From a virus (lineage: Duplodnaviria > Caudoviricetes): 64,000 nucleotides of DNA. Made by a program: the position numbers and the translations under genes. The DNA lies in IMG/VR virus record IMGVR_UViG_3300032038_000007, positions 1 to 64,000 of that record; one strand, given 5' to 3'. Below the pieces are notes generated by a model. That model did not search any database and was not told the DNA's origin. It saw only the letters and a list, made by a program, of their open reading frames with translations. Each line of letters begins with the position of its first letter. The stretch's first letter is position 1. Positions 17,593 to 30,405 of this stretch are shown here, in pieces.

Positions 17593-19042
17593 ATTGCAAC
17601 ATCTTTTCTATTGCCGCAATGCGGTTTTTAATATCTGCAAGTTCATTCTTGATTGCGGTTAAATCAGCCGCGGGTTCAGACTATTCCTTTTCTACCTCGG
17701 CTAATTCACGCTCAAGCGCCGCCCAAGACTTGGTCCCCATTACTCCATCAGCAGTTAAGCGGCAATCCTTTTGGAATTGTTTAACTGCTTCAAACGTCTT
17801 GGTGCCAAACTTACCATCTACAGTGCCGCAATCATAGCCTAAAATAGTTAGCGCATTTTGTAAATATTTGACATCTGCGCCAGTCATACCTTTTCTTAAT
17901 GTTGTCATTACTTTCACCCTCTCTTCTGGGAGTTCACTATAGAGACCTGCTGGCACTGCAAAATGTGTCCACGTTCTATCGCCTAGCGAACCCGTCTCTA
18001 CACCACAAGAACAATGGATTATTTCACCGTCTCCAATGTGAAGACCAGTGTGCGCCATCTTGCCTGTGGTTTTATTATACTTAAATACGCAGCATACTAC
18101 GTTTGGCATATCTTTTACTTCGCCGCGTAATTGCCAATTTTTGGTATTGTTATATTGTGAGGTTGCACCGCCGCCAGCCAAAACAATACCAACCTATGTT
18201 AAGCACCAATAGGTAAAGCCGCGGCAGTCAAAGGCTAGCTTACCTTTCCATTGGCATTGTTCACAATTGCCTTTTCCACTCAACACTAAACATTTTTTAT
18301 ATATGTTATCTTGATGTGCTGGATTTAATCGAGCATACTTTTTGCGCATTGCGGGAGTACATTCGGTACCCCAGGCGCCGTATACATAGGGGTTACCTAA
18401 TTGACTTTTTGCCGCGGAGATAACCTTTTCCGCCTTTTCATTAATAGTAGCCATAGCACCCTCTCCATAATTTTGTTTTAACACTGTATTAGGGTAGTAA
18501 AATTTAAGAATATCTATATAACTTACTCCTTGTGAAGCCGCATATCTTGCACCACGTTGACTCATTCCTACCCCATGTCCACTTTTTTCAGCACCGGTTG
18601 CGGCGTCCCATGGATCTTCTTGCGCTGGTAGGTATGCGCGAACACCGCCCCAGACCTCCTGAGAAGAATAGGTGCGACCGCCGTTACTAGCAGAGAATAC
18701 TGTACTAGCAGGGCCCTTGCCATAATAAAGTACATAACCAGCTGTCTCTTGTGTAGCCTATACACATTTAGGATATTTCTCTTTGTCATTTCGATTTGCA
18801 CGGTAAGCCTGCGCACTACCAGAAGCATCTGAAATTGGAGTCCCATTAAGTACCCCTCTGGATATTGCAAAGGTACGACTGGCTACAGCTTGCGCTTTAC
18901 AGGCTTCTAAGTTACCAGATGCAAGTTCAGAGGCAACTACCGCCGCGACATAATCTTCAAACTCTACTTCAACAATATCGTCTATTTTTGCGTTGAAGAA
19001 GTCCGCGTTTTCTTTCCTAGTAATTTTTACGTTAATCTTCAT
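17591..19042 (-). CDS. Multidomain endolysin: SpoIID/LytB-like, NlpC/P60 and peptidoglycan-binding domains, 483 aa (3 TAG=Gln)
   Basis: YVAAVVASE..KAQAVASRT and GHGVGMSQRGA (SpoIID); GNPYVYGA..FDCRG..HTGL (NlpC/P60); DVKYLQNAL..DGKFG (PG-binding). Three ORF-track fragments share a frame and are joined at TAG 18758 and 18194; third TAG at 17681. Confidence 0.9.
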
Positions 19043-19203
19043 AGCTATCACCTCTATAGTAAGTAGGTTATCTAAAAAGAGAGAATAGCAATTTATACAA
19101 TAAAGAAGAAAAAGATATACTTTTTTATTTGCCTTGCTTACATATATAATGAGAATACTCGTTTTCGAGTACAAGGATTCTTTTTTAAAAGGAGGTAAAG
19201 GGT

Positions 19204-22200
19204 ATGGCAGATATAACTTTTGATAGTCCAGAGTTTATTAATAATAGTTCGCCATCAAGTGTTTCTCCGTGGGGAAATGGTAATATGATAACGGCGGATT
19301 AGTTAAATTCAATGATAGATTATACTACATATGTTATTAAAACTATAATAGGGTATCCAGATAATAATTATTCTGGGACTATTATTGGTAATATTAAGAC
19401 TATTTTGAGTCAATTAGGCACTGATAATACCGCGAATAGTATTACAAAAAGATTACAAATAATTGAAAGCGATTATATAAAAAAGAATACAACTGACGCT
19501 CTTAATCGGTCAATAACTAATATTCAATCTGTAATAGGCACTAGTGATAATCCTGACACTGGTACTATTAGGAAAAGGCTGAACGATATAGAGAGTACAA
19601 TAGGCAATAGTGATAATCCTGATAATGGTACTATCCGGAAAAGACTAAATGACATAGAGACAGCTGGTTATGTAACTTCAGACGATTTAGATAACACTGA
19701 CACTGGTTATGTAAAATTAAGTTCTCTTAATGGTAAAATTGATGCTTATGTGAAATCAGAATCTACTAATGAACTGAACAAGACCTATGTAAAATTAACC
19801 GACTTGACTAGCACACTTAAGGCATATTTAAAAACAGCAGATTTAGAAAAGCGGTTATGGGAATGTAATACTATGCTTCATGTAATTGATGATATTAAAT
19901 CATTATCTGCTTCTAATTATGAATTAGAAAATGTAATTAAAAAAGCATTAGTTACATATGCAAAGCCATCAATTGAAAATTTATTTAATCCTAAAACAGC
20001 AGTTTATGGTGGATTAAGCGAGGATGGAACTGTAATCACACCAATTAATCATACATAGATGTGGACTTCTGATTTTATTGCGATAGATAAAAATACAATT
20101 TATAGTTGTAGAAATTTTGATGGAATAGATTTTGGCAGCAATAAAATTCATATTACATTCCATTTATATTCTTCAAAGGATTTAAATAGCGCCGTTGATG
20201 TTAATAACTCCGCGCCAGTAGATCTAAGCTCAGTAGATATATATACTGGAAATGATGAAGCTAATTATATACGTATTAGTATTCCAGAAGATAAATTAAA
20301 TACTGCTGTTTTTATGAAGCAAGACGCTTTTTCACAAAATGTAAGCAGTTATACCTATACATATAATGAAAATTTAGTAACAAAATCTAATTTAGACTCT
20401 TCTACTTCATCTTTATTACCTGCAGATGATACTATTACCGCCACAAAAACCGCAGTGGAAGGATTAATACAAGCTAAACTCAGTACTTATGCAACAAAAA
20501 CTGATTTAGATGATTATACTACTGAAACAAAATTAGAAAATACATTAAAAGATTATTTAAAGAAAGAAAATATTCCAACAGAACTTAGTGATTACGTCAC
20601 TAAGACAGATTTAACTAGACTCTTAGTTGAAACAATTCCTGAAAATGCAACTAAAGTTGCAACCGCATCTGAGTTCACAACCGCATTAGCAGACACGCAA
20701 GTTAATGATATTGAATTAACTGATAATATCACTCTTGATGGAAACACGCTGACAATTTCTCGTGATGTTAATATATATGGTAATGGTCATAGTATTAATT
20801 GTAACAGAACTAGCGAATCTACATCGAACGGCGGCTTACAAATTATTGACTGCTATGTTAAATTATATAATTTAACTGTCTATAAGGGCGGCGCTAGTGT
20901 TGTACGTGTAGGTAATAATACTTCCGATCCTGCAGCTTTATATGGCGGAAGATTAGTTGCTAAAAATTGTAATTTCTATGATGCCCGTGATATAATAGAA
21001 GTTCTTGGATATGGATCTGCTATACTAATTAATTGTTAGGCGCATCTAACTGGAGATAATGCTAATGGCAATGCCACTTATGATGCAATCAATGTCCATG
21101 ATTTCGGAAGAATTTTTGTATACGACTGCAAGGTTTATGATGCCTATGATGAAGGTATCTCTACTCATGATAACTCTTATGCTGAAATTTATAATACTGA
21201 AGCGTATAATTGCGGCTATCGTATTAGTAAGAATAATGGCAGCGCCGTAAGAACTATGAAGGGCGCCAATTCTTCATATGGCGGCATCCATATTGGCGGC
21301 ACAGGAATGGGCATTATTAAGGGATGCTACAGTCATGACAATGCTGCTTACGGTATAGGCGTATATTGCCTTAATCCAGACAACTCTTATGGAAAGGCAA
21401 TTTGCGTTGGCAACTTAGTTAAACATAATGGTTATATTGAGGCTGAAAACAACGGAGGAAATACTCAATCTACTAGCGGCGGCATTATTGTATATGGTGC
21501 ATTAAATCTTGAGCTATGCAATAATACTGTATTATCTAACGCTAATAAGGGTATTTACTTTGGCGCAGAAACAAACGGCAGTTATCAGAGCAAGCCTGCT
21601 AGTGCAGGATTGGTTTCTAATAACATTATCATTGGCTCTGATAATAATTCCCAAACAGAATATATAACTTCTGGCGCCGATGGCGGCTTATTGTTTAATA
21701 TTAATGGACAATACACAGAAGTAATTCCATATAATCGTATAACTTATACAAATGATGTGCCTGTAATTTATACAGATTCTACAAAAGCCAATGCAATGGT
21801 TCCCAATGAAAATATAGATTACATACTCGAAGATGAAAATCATCAATATAAGTTATGGAAATATATTGCAAATAGTTGGAAGCTAATCGCCGGTGGCGCT
21901 GGCGGCGGTGGTACAGGAACCTCTTCTGCCGTAATTGCTGCTTAGCTACCTCCAATTGGTGAAGCAGACGAAAATACAGATTATTATATTGGTAATGCTA
22001 CTGCAGGTTATACTCATTATAGAGTATTTAATGGAAATTATATTACTGTATTACCAACTGGCTTAATTAATAATATTGGAGTAACTGCAAATGGCGGTTT
22101 AACCGCGAGTAGATTTGGTAGTAATACTAATCTATTAAGCGGCTTCAACGTATTAAAGAGTGTAGGTATGGTTGAGAATAAGGAAAATGATTAGACAGTA

Positions 22201-25200
22201 TCCTATACTCTTAACTTCACCAATACCAATGGCGATGTTAATCCAATTACTTTAGCCGCAGGTGGCGGCGGAAGTGCGGCTCCAGCCGTTACAGTGAACT
22301 TAAGCCGTCTTGGAGATGCCACGATTGACTCTATATATGGTGATCCATGCACTATTGGTTTCAATTTCAGTGGTACTGATGACAATAATGAAGCAATTGT
22401 AGGTACAGCAACTTGCGTATGGTATTCTGGACAAACTCGTGTCGCTACTCAACAAATTCCAATGGGCAATGGTAGCTTTGATATTACCCCTTACTTACAT
22501 ACTGGAACCAATGAAATTAGAATGACCGCCAGTGTGACGGTCGATGGCCAATCTTATTCCCGTACTAAAAACTGGATTGTTAATGTAGTTCGATTTGCTT
22601 TGGAATGGGATTATGATGAAACCACTATTAATTCTGGCAGCAATCTTGTTTTTGATTTTATTCCGCGTGGCGATTTAGATAAGACATTACATATTAAAAT
22701 TGATGGTACTGAAGTTCTTACTCAGGCTATAACTGTAGATGGAGTATCTAGCCGCGCTACAGTTAATAATACCTATCAGCACGGAAGTCATACCGCTGAA
22801 TTATATTTAACTGCTGTAATTAACGGTACGACAAAGGATTCTAATCATATAAAGCATGATATGCTAATTGTAAATCCAGCCAGCTCTGATATAATTATTG
22901 CCTCTACATTACAGTCTAATGATGTAGATCAGTATAATACAACGGTCATTCCGTTTACTATTTATGATCCACAACATACATTTGTAACTGTAGAATTGTT
23001 AGAAGACGGTGATCTATTAGATACTCGTACTAATGTTGATAGAACTTAGCAAACTTGGAATTATACTCCAACAACCGCGGGTGAGCATACCCTAACCATA
23101 AGAGTTGGCGAAACTGCTAAAACATTAACACTAAATGTTAACGCTATTTCTATTAAAAATACAGAAATTCCGGGATATGAATTTAAACTAAAAGCTAGTG
23201 AAATACCAAGTAATGGCGCTTTATAGCAATGGAAATATGGAGAGTCTGATGATACTAAACTAATCTTCTCAGAAAACTTTGACTGGATTAATGGCGGTAT
23301 GCAAAGTGAAATAGACGAGCATGGCCAATTACGTCAGTTTATAAAGGTTAAGTCCGGTACAACAATGACCATTCCATACAAGATGTTCGCAACTGATCCA
23401 ACCAGTACCGGCAGTAATTTTAAAATTATCTTTAAGATTGAAAATTGTAGAGACTACGATGCCGCTGTTGCTTCTAGCTTGGCAGAGAACATTGGCTTAC
23501 AAATGAATGCTCATAATGCGTCTTTCCGTTCTACTTCTACTGTTCTTTCTACACAATATGGTGAAGATGAATATACAGAATTAGAGTTTGAAATTTACAA
23601 GAGCAAAACCGCGGACGGCGCTGATGCTCCAAATAGATATGTTATGGCTTGGGTAGACGGAGTTATTTCTACTGCTCGTGAATATGGCGGCTCATTTGTA
23701 CAATCTTCTAATGCAGCCACTGATATTGTTATTGGTTCTGATTTATGTGATGTATGTATTTACCTTGTTAAATATTATCCAAAGGTCTTAAGTCGTGATG
23801 AACATATCGTTAACTTTATTGCCGATGCTCCTAATGCTGTAGAAATGGTAGCGCGTTATAACCGCAATGATATTTTAGTAGATAATGAAATTGATGCTAA
23901 TAGACTAGCTGAGCAGAATCCTGATTGTCGCGTTTGGCTATATGATATTGAAAAAATGCCAACAAGCAAGGATAAAGATGCCGCTACTAAGGTATATAAT
24001 TTCTAGCAAATTTGGCGCGGTGGTACTCCTGAATATCAATTAACTGGTACTAACGCAAAATTATTAATACAGGGTACTTCTTCCGTTAACTATCGTAAAG
24101 GCGCGGCTAACACTGATATTAATTTTAATGCGAGTGGCGCAACTTTAACTGACGGTAATGGAAAGGATTTACTTGATTCAAGCTTAGACCATCCTGGACT
24201 AAAAATTAGTGATAATTCCTTGCCAATAACTTATGCCAATACAAAGGTTAACTTTGCTTCTTGTGAGCAAGTAAATAATATGTGTAATGCTGAATGGTAT
24301 CAACGCTTCCAGCCATATCCAAGTCTTTCTAATAGAGACTGTATGGACTTTGCTATGGGCGTTCAGTTCATTAAAGACCGCGGTGAAAACGAAGCGGCTG
24401 GAGAAGTGCGTTTATTTAATGAGAAACCGAATCGTTCTTCTGATAAGTATTATATGTATTCTATTGCAAATATGGGTACATCTAAAAAGAATACTCATAT
24501 ATTCCATTCTGATGATGAATGCTGCATTGAGATTACTGCAAATACTACAAGAGGGCAGCGTATGCTAGAATGGCCTACAAACTTAGATTGGTCTGGCAAG
24601 GTTGAAGGTTAGGATCACTCCTTTGAAGTCCGTTATCCAAAAGTAAACGATATGATTGAGGCAGGATGGGAAAGATTTATAACGTGGACTGCTAGTTGTA
24701 ACCCAAATGGTTATACAAATGAACCACTTGATCAACCTGCACATTTTGAGCCTTATACATTTAGAGGACACAACCGTACAATTCCCGAAGAACAAAATGG
24801 AAAATATTTTGAACAGGTTCTTCGCGGCTTAACAATCGACCGCTATGCAGGAGACTATGACCACGATACGTTTGAATATCGTATGGCAAAGATGCTATCT
24901 GAATGCGAAGATTATATGGCTATGGACTCTGTTGTATATCATTTCTGCTTTATTGAACGCCATACAATGGTTGATAATGTAGCAAAGAATACATTCTGGT
25001 CTTCTAAAAAAGAGATTGGCGGACCGAATAATGAAGAAGGTTATTGGATCTGGGATTTAAGTAAGAACTATGACAATGACACTTCTGATGGTAACAATAA
25101 CGAGGGTCAATTGGTCTTTGATTACGGTAATGAAGCTACCGATACCTATGGCGCAAAAACTGTATTTAATGCGGCTGACTCTGTGTGGTTTGTATTTGTT

Positions 25201-28200
25201 AATAATTTGTATGAAGCCTGCCGCACCATGTTCATTAACCGCGAAGCTAAGGGTGCGTGGAATGCAAAAAATTATCATAACTTCTTATTAAGTGAACAAA
25301 AGAAGGTACCTGAACGGGTTTGGAATGAATGCTATTGGTATGATTATTTACGTACTTATGAGAATGGCATTGATACAAGTTGGATTACATTCTTGGACGG
25401 CGGTCAAAAGATTCATCAACGTAATCACTACGAAACTTATCAAGAGGTCTATGAAGCTTCTAAGTATATGTCAGCTTTAAGCACTTCTAATATCGTGACA
25501 ATGCGCGGTTATACTCCACCTTCCGGCTCTTGGGCTGGTGTGGAGCCAAAGACAGTATTCAACAATATAAAAATGTATAATAAGTGTTATCTTACTATTC
25601 ATGTTGACGACGCCTATAGACAGATTAAGTGTGCTAAGGGAGAGACTTATACTATACCGTTCTATATTAATAATAATCCTAGCCAAGGATATATTGAAAT
25701 GAACGATGCTGTTATAAAGATAGACACTGCACAGATGATTCAAGAAATTGGAGACTTGTCTTGCTTATATCTTGGAAGTAGTTCATTCGGTAGCGCAACT
25801 CGTTTGCGTTGGTTACAGATTGGCTCTAGTGTAGAAGGCTATAGTAATACCAATATGAAAACCACAGAAGAATTTACCTTTACCAATCCAATGTTAGAAA
25901 CATTACAAGTTCAAAATCTACCATATACCGCATATAATTTGAATTTAAGTAGATGCCCAGAATTAAGAATTCTTGACGCAAGAGGTTCTGGTTTCACTGG
26001 ATTTGAATTTGCAAATGGCGGTTTATTACAAGAAGCTCATTTAAATAATCCAAGTAGCTTAATTATGCGTAACCTTAACCAGCTAACGTTAGAAAACTTT
26101 ACGTTGGCAGATCCAACCGCAGTAACGTTATTGCGGCTTGAGGCTGGTAGGTTATTTGATAATAAAGCTTTTATTGAGACTTTAACCAATTTGCGCACAC
26201 TACGTTTAACTGAGATCGACTGGATTTTAACCGATACAGCTATTCTTGACAGGCTATTAACTCTTATGGGTATTGATAATACAGGTGCTATAATTAATCA
26301 ATCCTATTTATCTGGTGTTGTTGATTGGCGTGGCATTGTATATCAAGGTAAAGAGAACACATATAATGCAGCTTGGTCTCCAGACTTAACAATTATTACT
26401 AGCAATCACACTGAATATATTACACAGCACTTAGTCACGTATAAAGATGAAAGTGGTAATATATTATATACTTGCTATATTAATGCTGGTGATCCAATTA
26501 TTGATCCATATCCCACTTATATAGACATGCCAACAAAAGATCCAGATGTTCAATACTCTTATCAGTTTGGTGAATTAGTTTAGAATGCTTATCAGCCGTT
26601 ATCCGGTTGGAGACTAGCTAGTGAAACTACACCAGTGCCAAGTAATTACAGTGTAAACGGGCCAGTAACTGTTATTACTAACTTTACTAAGACGCCCCAA
26701 CGCTATTATGTACGTTGGCTATTAGATGCAAACACTCCAGTTTATACGACTTCTTCAGCTTATAATTATGGCAGCGTAGCTGCGGAAAGCGCGCCAACTA
26801 TAGCTTATATACACGATGTAGCAGGAAAATCTACTTATACTTTTAGTGGCGATGAGACTTCTTGCAGCTATAGCATTATGACAGGTTGGGAAAAGTTGCC
26901 TACACGTATTGCCCCAACTGTTATGGGAGGAACATACGACATCTATGCAACCTGGCTAAGAAGAGAAAATGTAACGTATGCTGATCTATTTAGCAGTAGT
27001 AACAGTAATAAATATAGCGTTGCTGAAAAGTTATTAGTATTAAGTAAGAGCCAAGCCGCAAGATCGAATAGTAATTATTTATCCCTATTCAAGCAATTTG
27101 ATATTCAAATGGGATATAATGGTACTGTTGCTGGAGTAGATTTAATTGATTAGCCGACTAGATATACTGGAGCTTCAGCTCCTATTGATGAATATACTCC
27201 TCTATCTGCGGATGAATCCTTTACAATTGCAATTGATTATAGATTTGAAGACTTTGCTTATAGCAATATTGTAGATGAAGCAGTATTGTTCTCTTGCTAT
27301 AGTACTGCTGGCGGTTCTACACAAGGATTTAAATTATACTACAAACCCAATGCTAGCGCTGGTTCATATACTCCTATGATTAGTTTTGGTAGCACAGCAT
27401 CTTCTAGCTATAATAACGTTGCTGTTATTGGACAAAATAAGACCAATCGTGGAATGGTTGTTTTGCGTCACTAGGCTGGAAGCTCTATATTATATGTATA
27501 TAGCGGTGCTTCCTCCAACGGATTATCTATTGACTATTCTGGCGATGCATTTAGGCAGGCTCTAGAATACAATTTTGTGGCTACAGACACAGCGAAATTA
27601 GTACTTGGCGGAATTAATGCTGGTACAGACACGTCATTAGCTAATGCTCGCGGTACACTTTATTCCGTTAAATATTGGAACCAAGACTTGGGAGAAGGCG
27701 AATGCGTGCAATTGGCTAACTGGTGCCATGAAACAATGACGTTTGCAGTTAGCGACTATACTGCGATTAACCCCCCAGTACATAGCGCGATTAATACAAC
27801 ATTAAATGCAAATATTGTCTTACATACCTTAAATGCTTCTTCTATGGGTGCGATAAGTGAACCGGTTGTGTCAAGAACTTCACCGCCTAGTACAATAGGT
27901 TGGGGAAGTTCTACTATACGAAATTTCTACAATAACCGTATATATCTTGGATTGCCAATAACTATGCAAAGTATAATGTCACAAATGAGTGTTCCATATT
28001 GTGAAGCTAACTTAACCGAAGGTGGATATATATTATCTAATAATGCTCATGAAGCTCATGACTACATTTTTGCTCCTTCTGTACTTGAAGTTGGAAAAGT
28101 AGAAACTTCTTCTCCAAATCATAACATTGAAGCTGCAGGGCCATTCCCATGGTACAGTCCTCAAATGAAAATTAGAACATATGCTGCTGGCTCATTTGGA

Positions 28201-28635
28201 CAAGCTACTTCTGATGGTACTAGCCAATATACGAATCTCAGATTCATTTATCGTAAAAATGATATGAATAATACTGTCACAATATATAAAGATTATCCAG
28301 CTACTGGCTCTAGTTTTTATAATTATGCTAGTAATACATTGTCTACTACATTATAGACTGGTGACATATTAATTCCAGCTGGTTCAGAGACACCTATCGC
28401 GTACATGTATGTTGATGCGACAGAAGTAGTAAAGGGCGCGCCAATAATAAATGGTACCGCATGTTTCCAAACAAATAATGGCGGATGGATTGAGGCGACA
28501 AGATGGTGGACTAGATCAGTATTAAATTAGAACTATTCTAATTCAAACTATAAATTCTTCTATGTTAAAACTGATGGTAGTGTACCAACTGATAATCAGC
28601 AGACTAACGGAATAGTCTTCTCTATTGCACTATAA
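19204..28635 (+). CDS. Giant virion/tail protein, 3143 aa: beta-helix, Ig-like, CotH-like, LRR-like and LamG-like regions (at least 14 TAG=Gln)
   Basis: AAGGAGG SD; ten ORF-track fragments in one frame separated only by TAG; TAA at 28633 followed by the SD of the next gene. Confidence 0.88.
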
Positions 28636-28649
28636 GGAGGTGGGAATAA

Positions 28650-29390
28650 ATGAAATACTATAAGATAGTTTTAGATAAACAGATAATCGGAACAAGCACT
28701 TCAGCATACTGCTATAAATATAATAGTGATTATCACATGATTCAAAGATGTGAACCAGAAGTATGTGAATATATAACATGTGATGAAAAACTTTATCATG
28801 CCCTATGGATGGCTGGTATAAAAACTGATAGTTATACTTATACTACCGCAGATGTAATTGCGATAGATCAAGCATAGTATGACATTCTCACCCCGATGGT
28901 TGAATTTACGCCTGTTGCTGAGGAGGAGCAGCCAGATATACTGGCTGCCCCTCCAGCGGAGGCTATAAATGAAGACCTAGAGATTACTCTTGCTTTCTTA
29001 AAGGAAGCAAAGACTAATCAAATGTCATAGGAATGTAATCGAATTATTGAGCAAGGCTTCGACCTTGAGCTATCGTCTGAAGCCCATCACTTCTCTTTGA
29101 CAGTACAAGACCAGCTAAATTTGATTACATTATCTCAAATGGCGGCTGAAGGTCAGCAGCAAATACCATACCATGCTGATGGAGAATTATGTAAATTCTA
29201 TACACCAGAAGAAATCAATGCAATTGTTAATGCCGCAACAAGGCATAAGACCTATCATACAACTTATTATAATGCACTAAAAGCCTATATAGCTGATTTA
29301 GATACCATTGAAGCAATTAATCAAGTATTCTATGGTATAGAACTACCAGAAGAATATAAAACTGATGTATTGCGGGCGATTTAGCAATGA
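28650..29390 (+). CDS. Tail-fibre-associated protein (DUF4376-like C-terminus), 3 TAG=Gln
   Basis: Read-through ends in TGA overlapping the next ATG (ATGA at 29387); DQLNL..PYHADGELC motif. Confidence 0.8.
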
Positions 29391-29800
29391 AACATATAAC
29401 AAAAAATTTATTTTTATTTATAATCTTTGGCTCTATTTACTTTTTAATAGAGACATTATGGAAGGGCCATATAACCCATTGGAGTATGTTTTTACTCGCT
29501 GGTGCCGCCGGTTTATTAATCGGCGGCATCAACGAATATTTGCCTTGGGAAATGCCTTTTATATTGCAATGTGGTATAGGTATGGCTATTTCTACAGTGC
29601 TAGAAGGAATTACTGGTATGATAGTTAACGTATGGCTCCACTTGAATGTATGGCACTATAACAAGCTTGCCTTCTGGTGTAATCAATGCAGCGTATATTA
29701 TTGTTTAGCGTGGTTTACTCTTTCTGGCATATGTATATTATTAGATGACTGGCTACGCTGGAAATGTTTTGGAGAAGATAAACCGCATTATACGCTTTAA
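29387..29800 (+). CDS. Multi-TM membrane protein (putative ABC-permease-like phage family)
   Basis: IETLWKG..HWSMF..E.ITG..N..L.VW.Y pattern; about 4 TM. Confidence 0.8.
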   Translation: MKHITKNLFLFIIFGSIYFLIETLWKGHITHWSMFLLAGAAGLLIGGINEYLPWEMPFILQCGIGMAISTVLEGITGMIVNVWLHLNVWHYNKLAFWCNQCSVYYCLAWFTLSGICILLDDWLRWKCFGEDKPHYTL

Positions 29801-29866
29801 ATAATTGACTTTTTATATCTTTTATGGTATAATAAATTATAAAGAAAAGGAAAACGAGGTATATAA

Positions 29867-30064
29867 ATGAAGTACTACGATTATGATACTGATGAAGAAA
29901 CTACTGAAGAGGTAGTAACTACAGAAGAATACGGTTGCCCCTTTTGCTGGGACAAGCGCACACGTCGCGAAAGAGAACTAAGTTATTTCGACCATGCGAA
30001 TAATCTACGCATTTGCCGCTATTGTCCAAATTGCGGCCGAAAATATGAGGCGGTGGATTACTAA
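29867..30064 (+). CDS. Small zinc-ribbon protein in its own sigma-A transcription unit
   Basis: CPFC...YCPNCG; promoter near 29807-29834; terminator 30091-30118. Confidence 0.75.
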   Translation: MKYYDYDTDEETTEEVVTTEEYGCPFCWDKRTRRERELSYFDHANNLRICRYCPNCGRKYEAVDY

Positions 30065-30166
30065 TAAAGTAGAGCAATTTTACGACAACCTAGAGGGCTT
30101 ATGCCCTCTATTTTTTTATACCCATGTGAAAATACAAGAAACTTTTAGCTGATTAAAAACTTATTA

Positions 30167-30400
30167 TTGAAAAGGATTTAGTGGGAGCAATCAACTAAAT
30201 AGTTATTACAAAATTCTTGCCATGAACTTCAAGAATTGCAGGAAACTGCGGCTGAAGTTTATATACAATCCAAAGTTCAGGAAGTAACTAAGGAATTGAA
30301 AAAGGCTTATCAAGAATTTTTAACTTTAGAGTTGGTCAATTATGACTTAAGTGTCATTTTTGAGCGACAACAATATTACTTGAAAAAGAAGGGTCGGTGA
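30167..30400 (+). CDS. Possible small protein (2 TAG=Gln)
   Basis: Open frame ending in a GTGA overlap with the next gene; no clear SD. Confidence 0.35.
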
Positions 30401-30405
30401 AAGTT

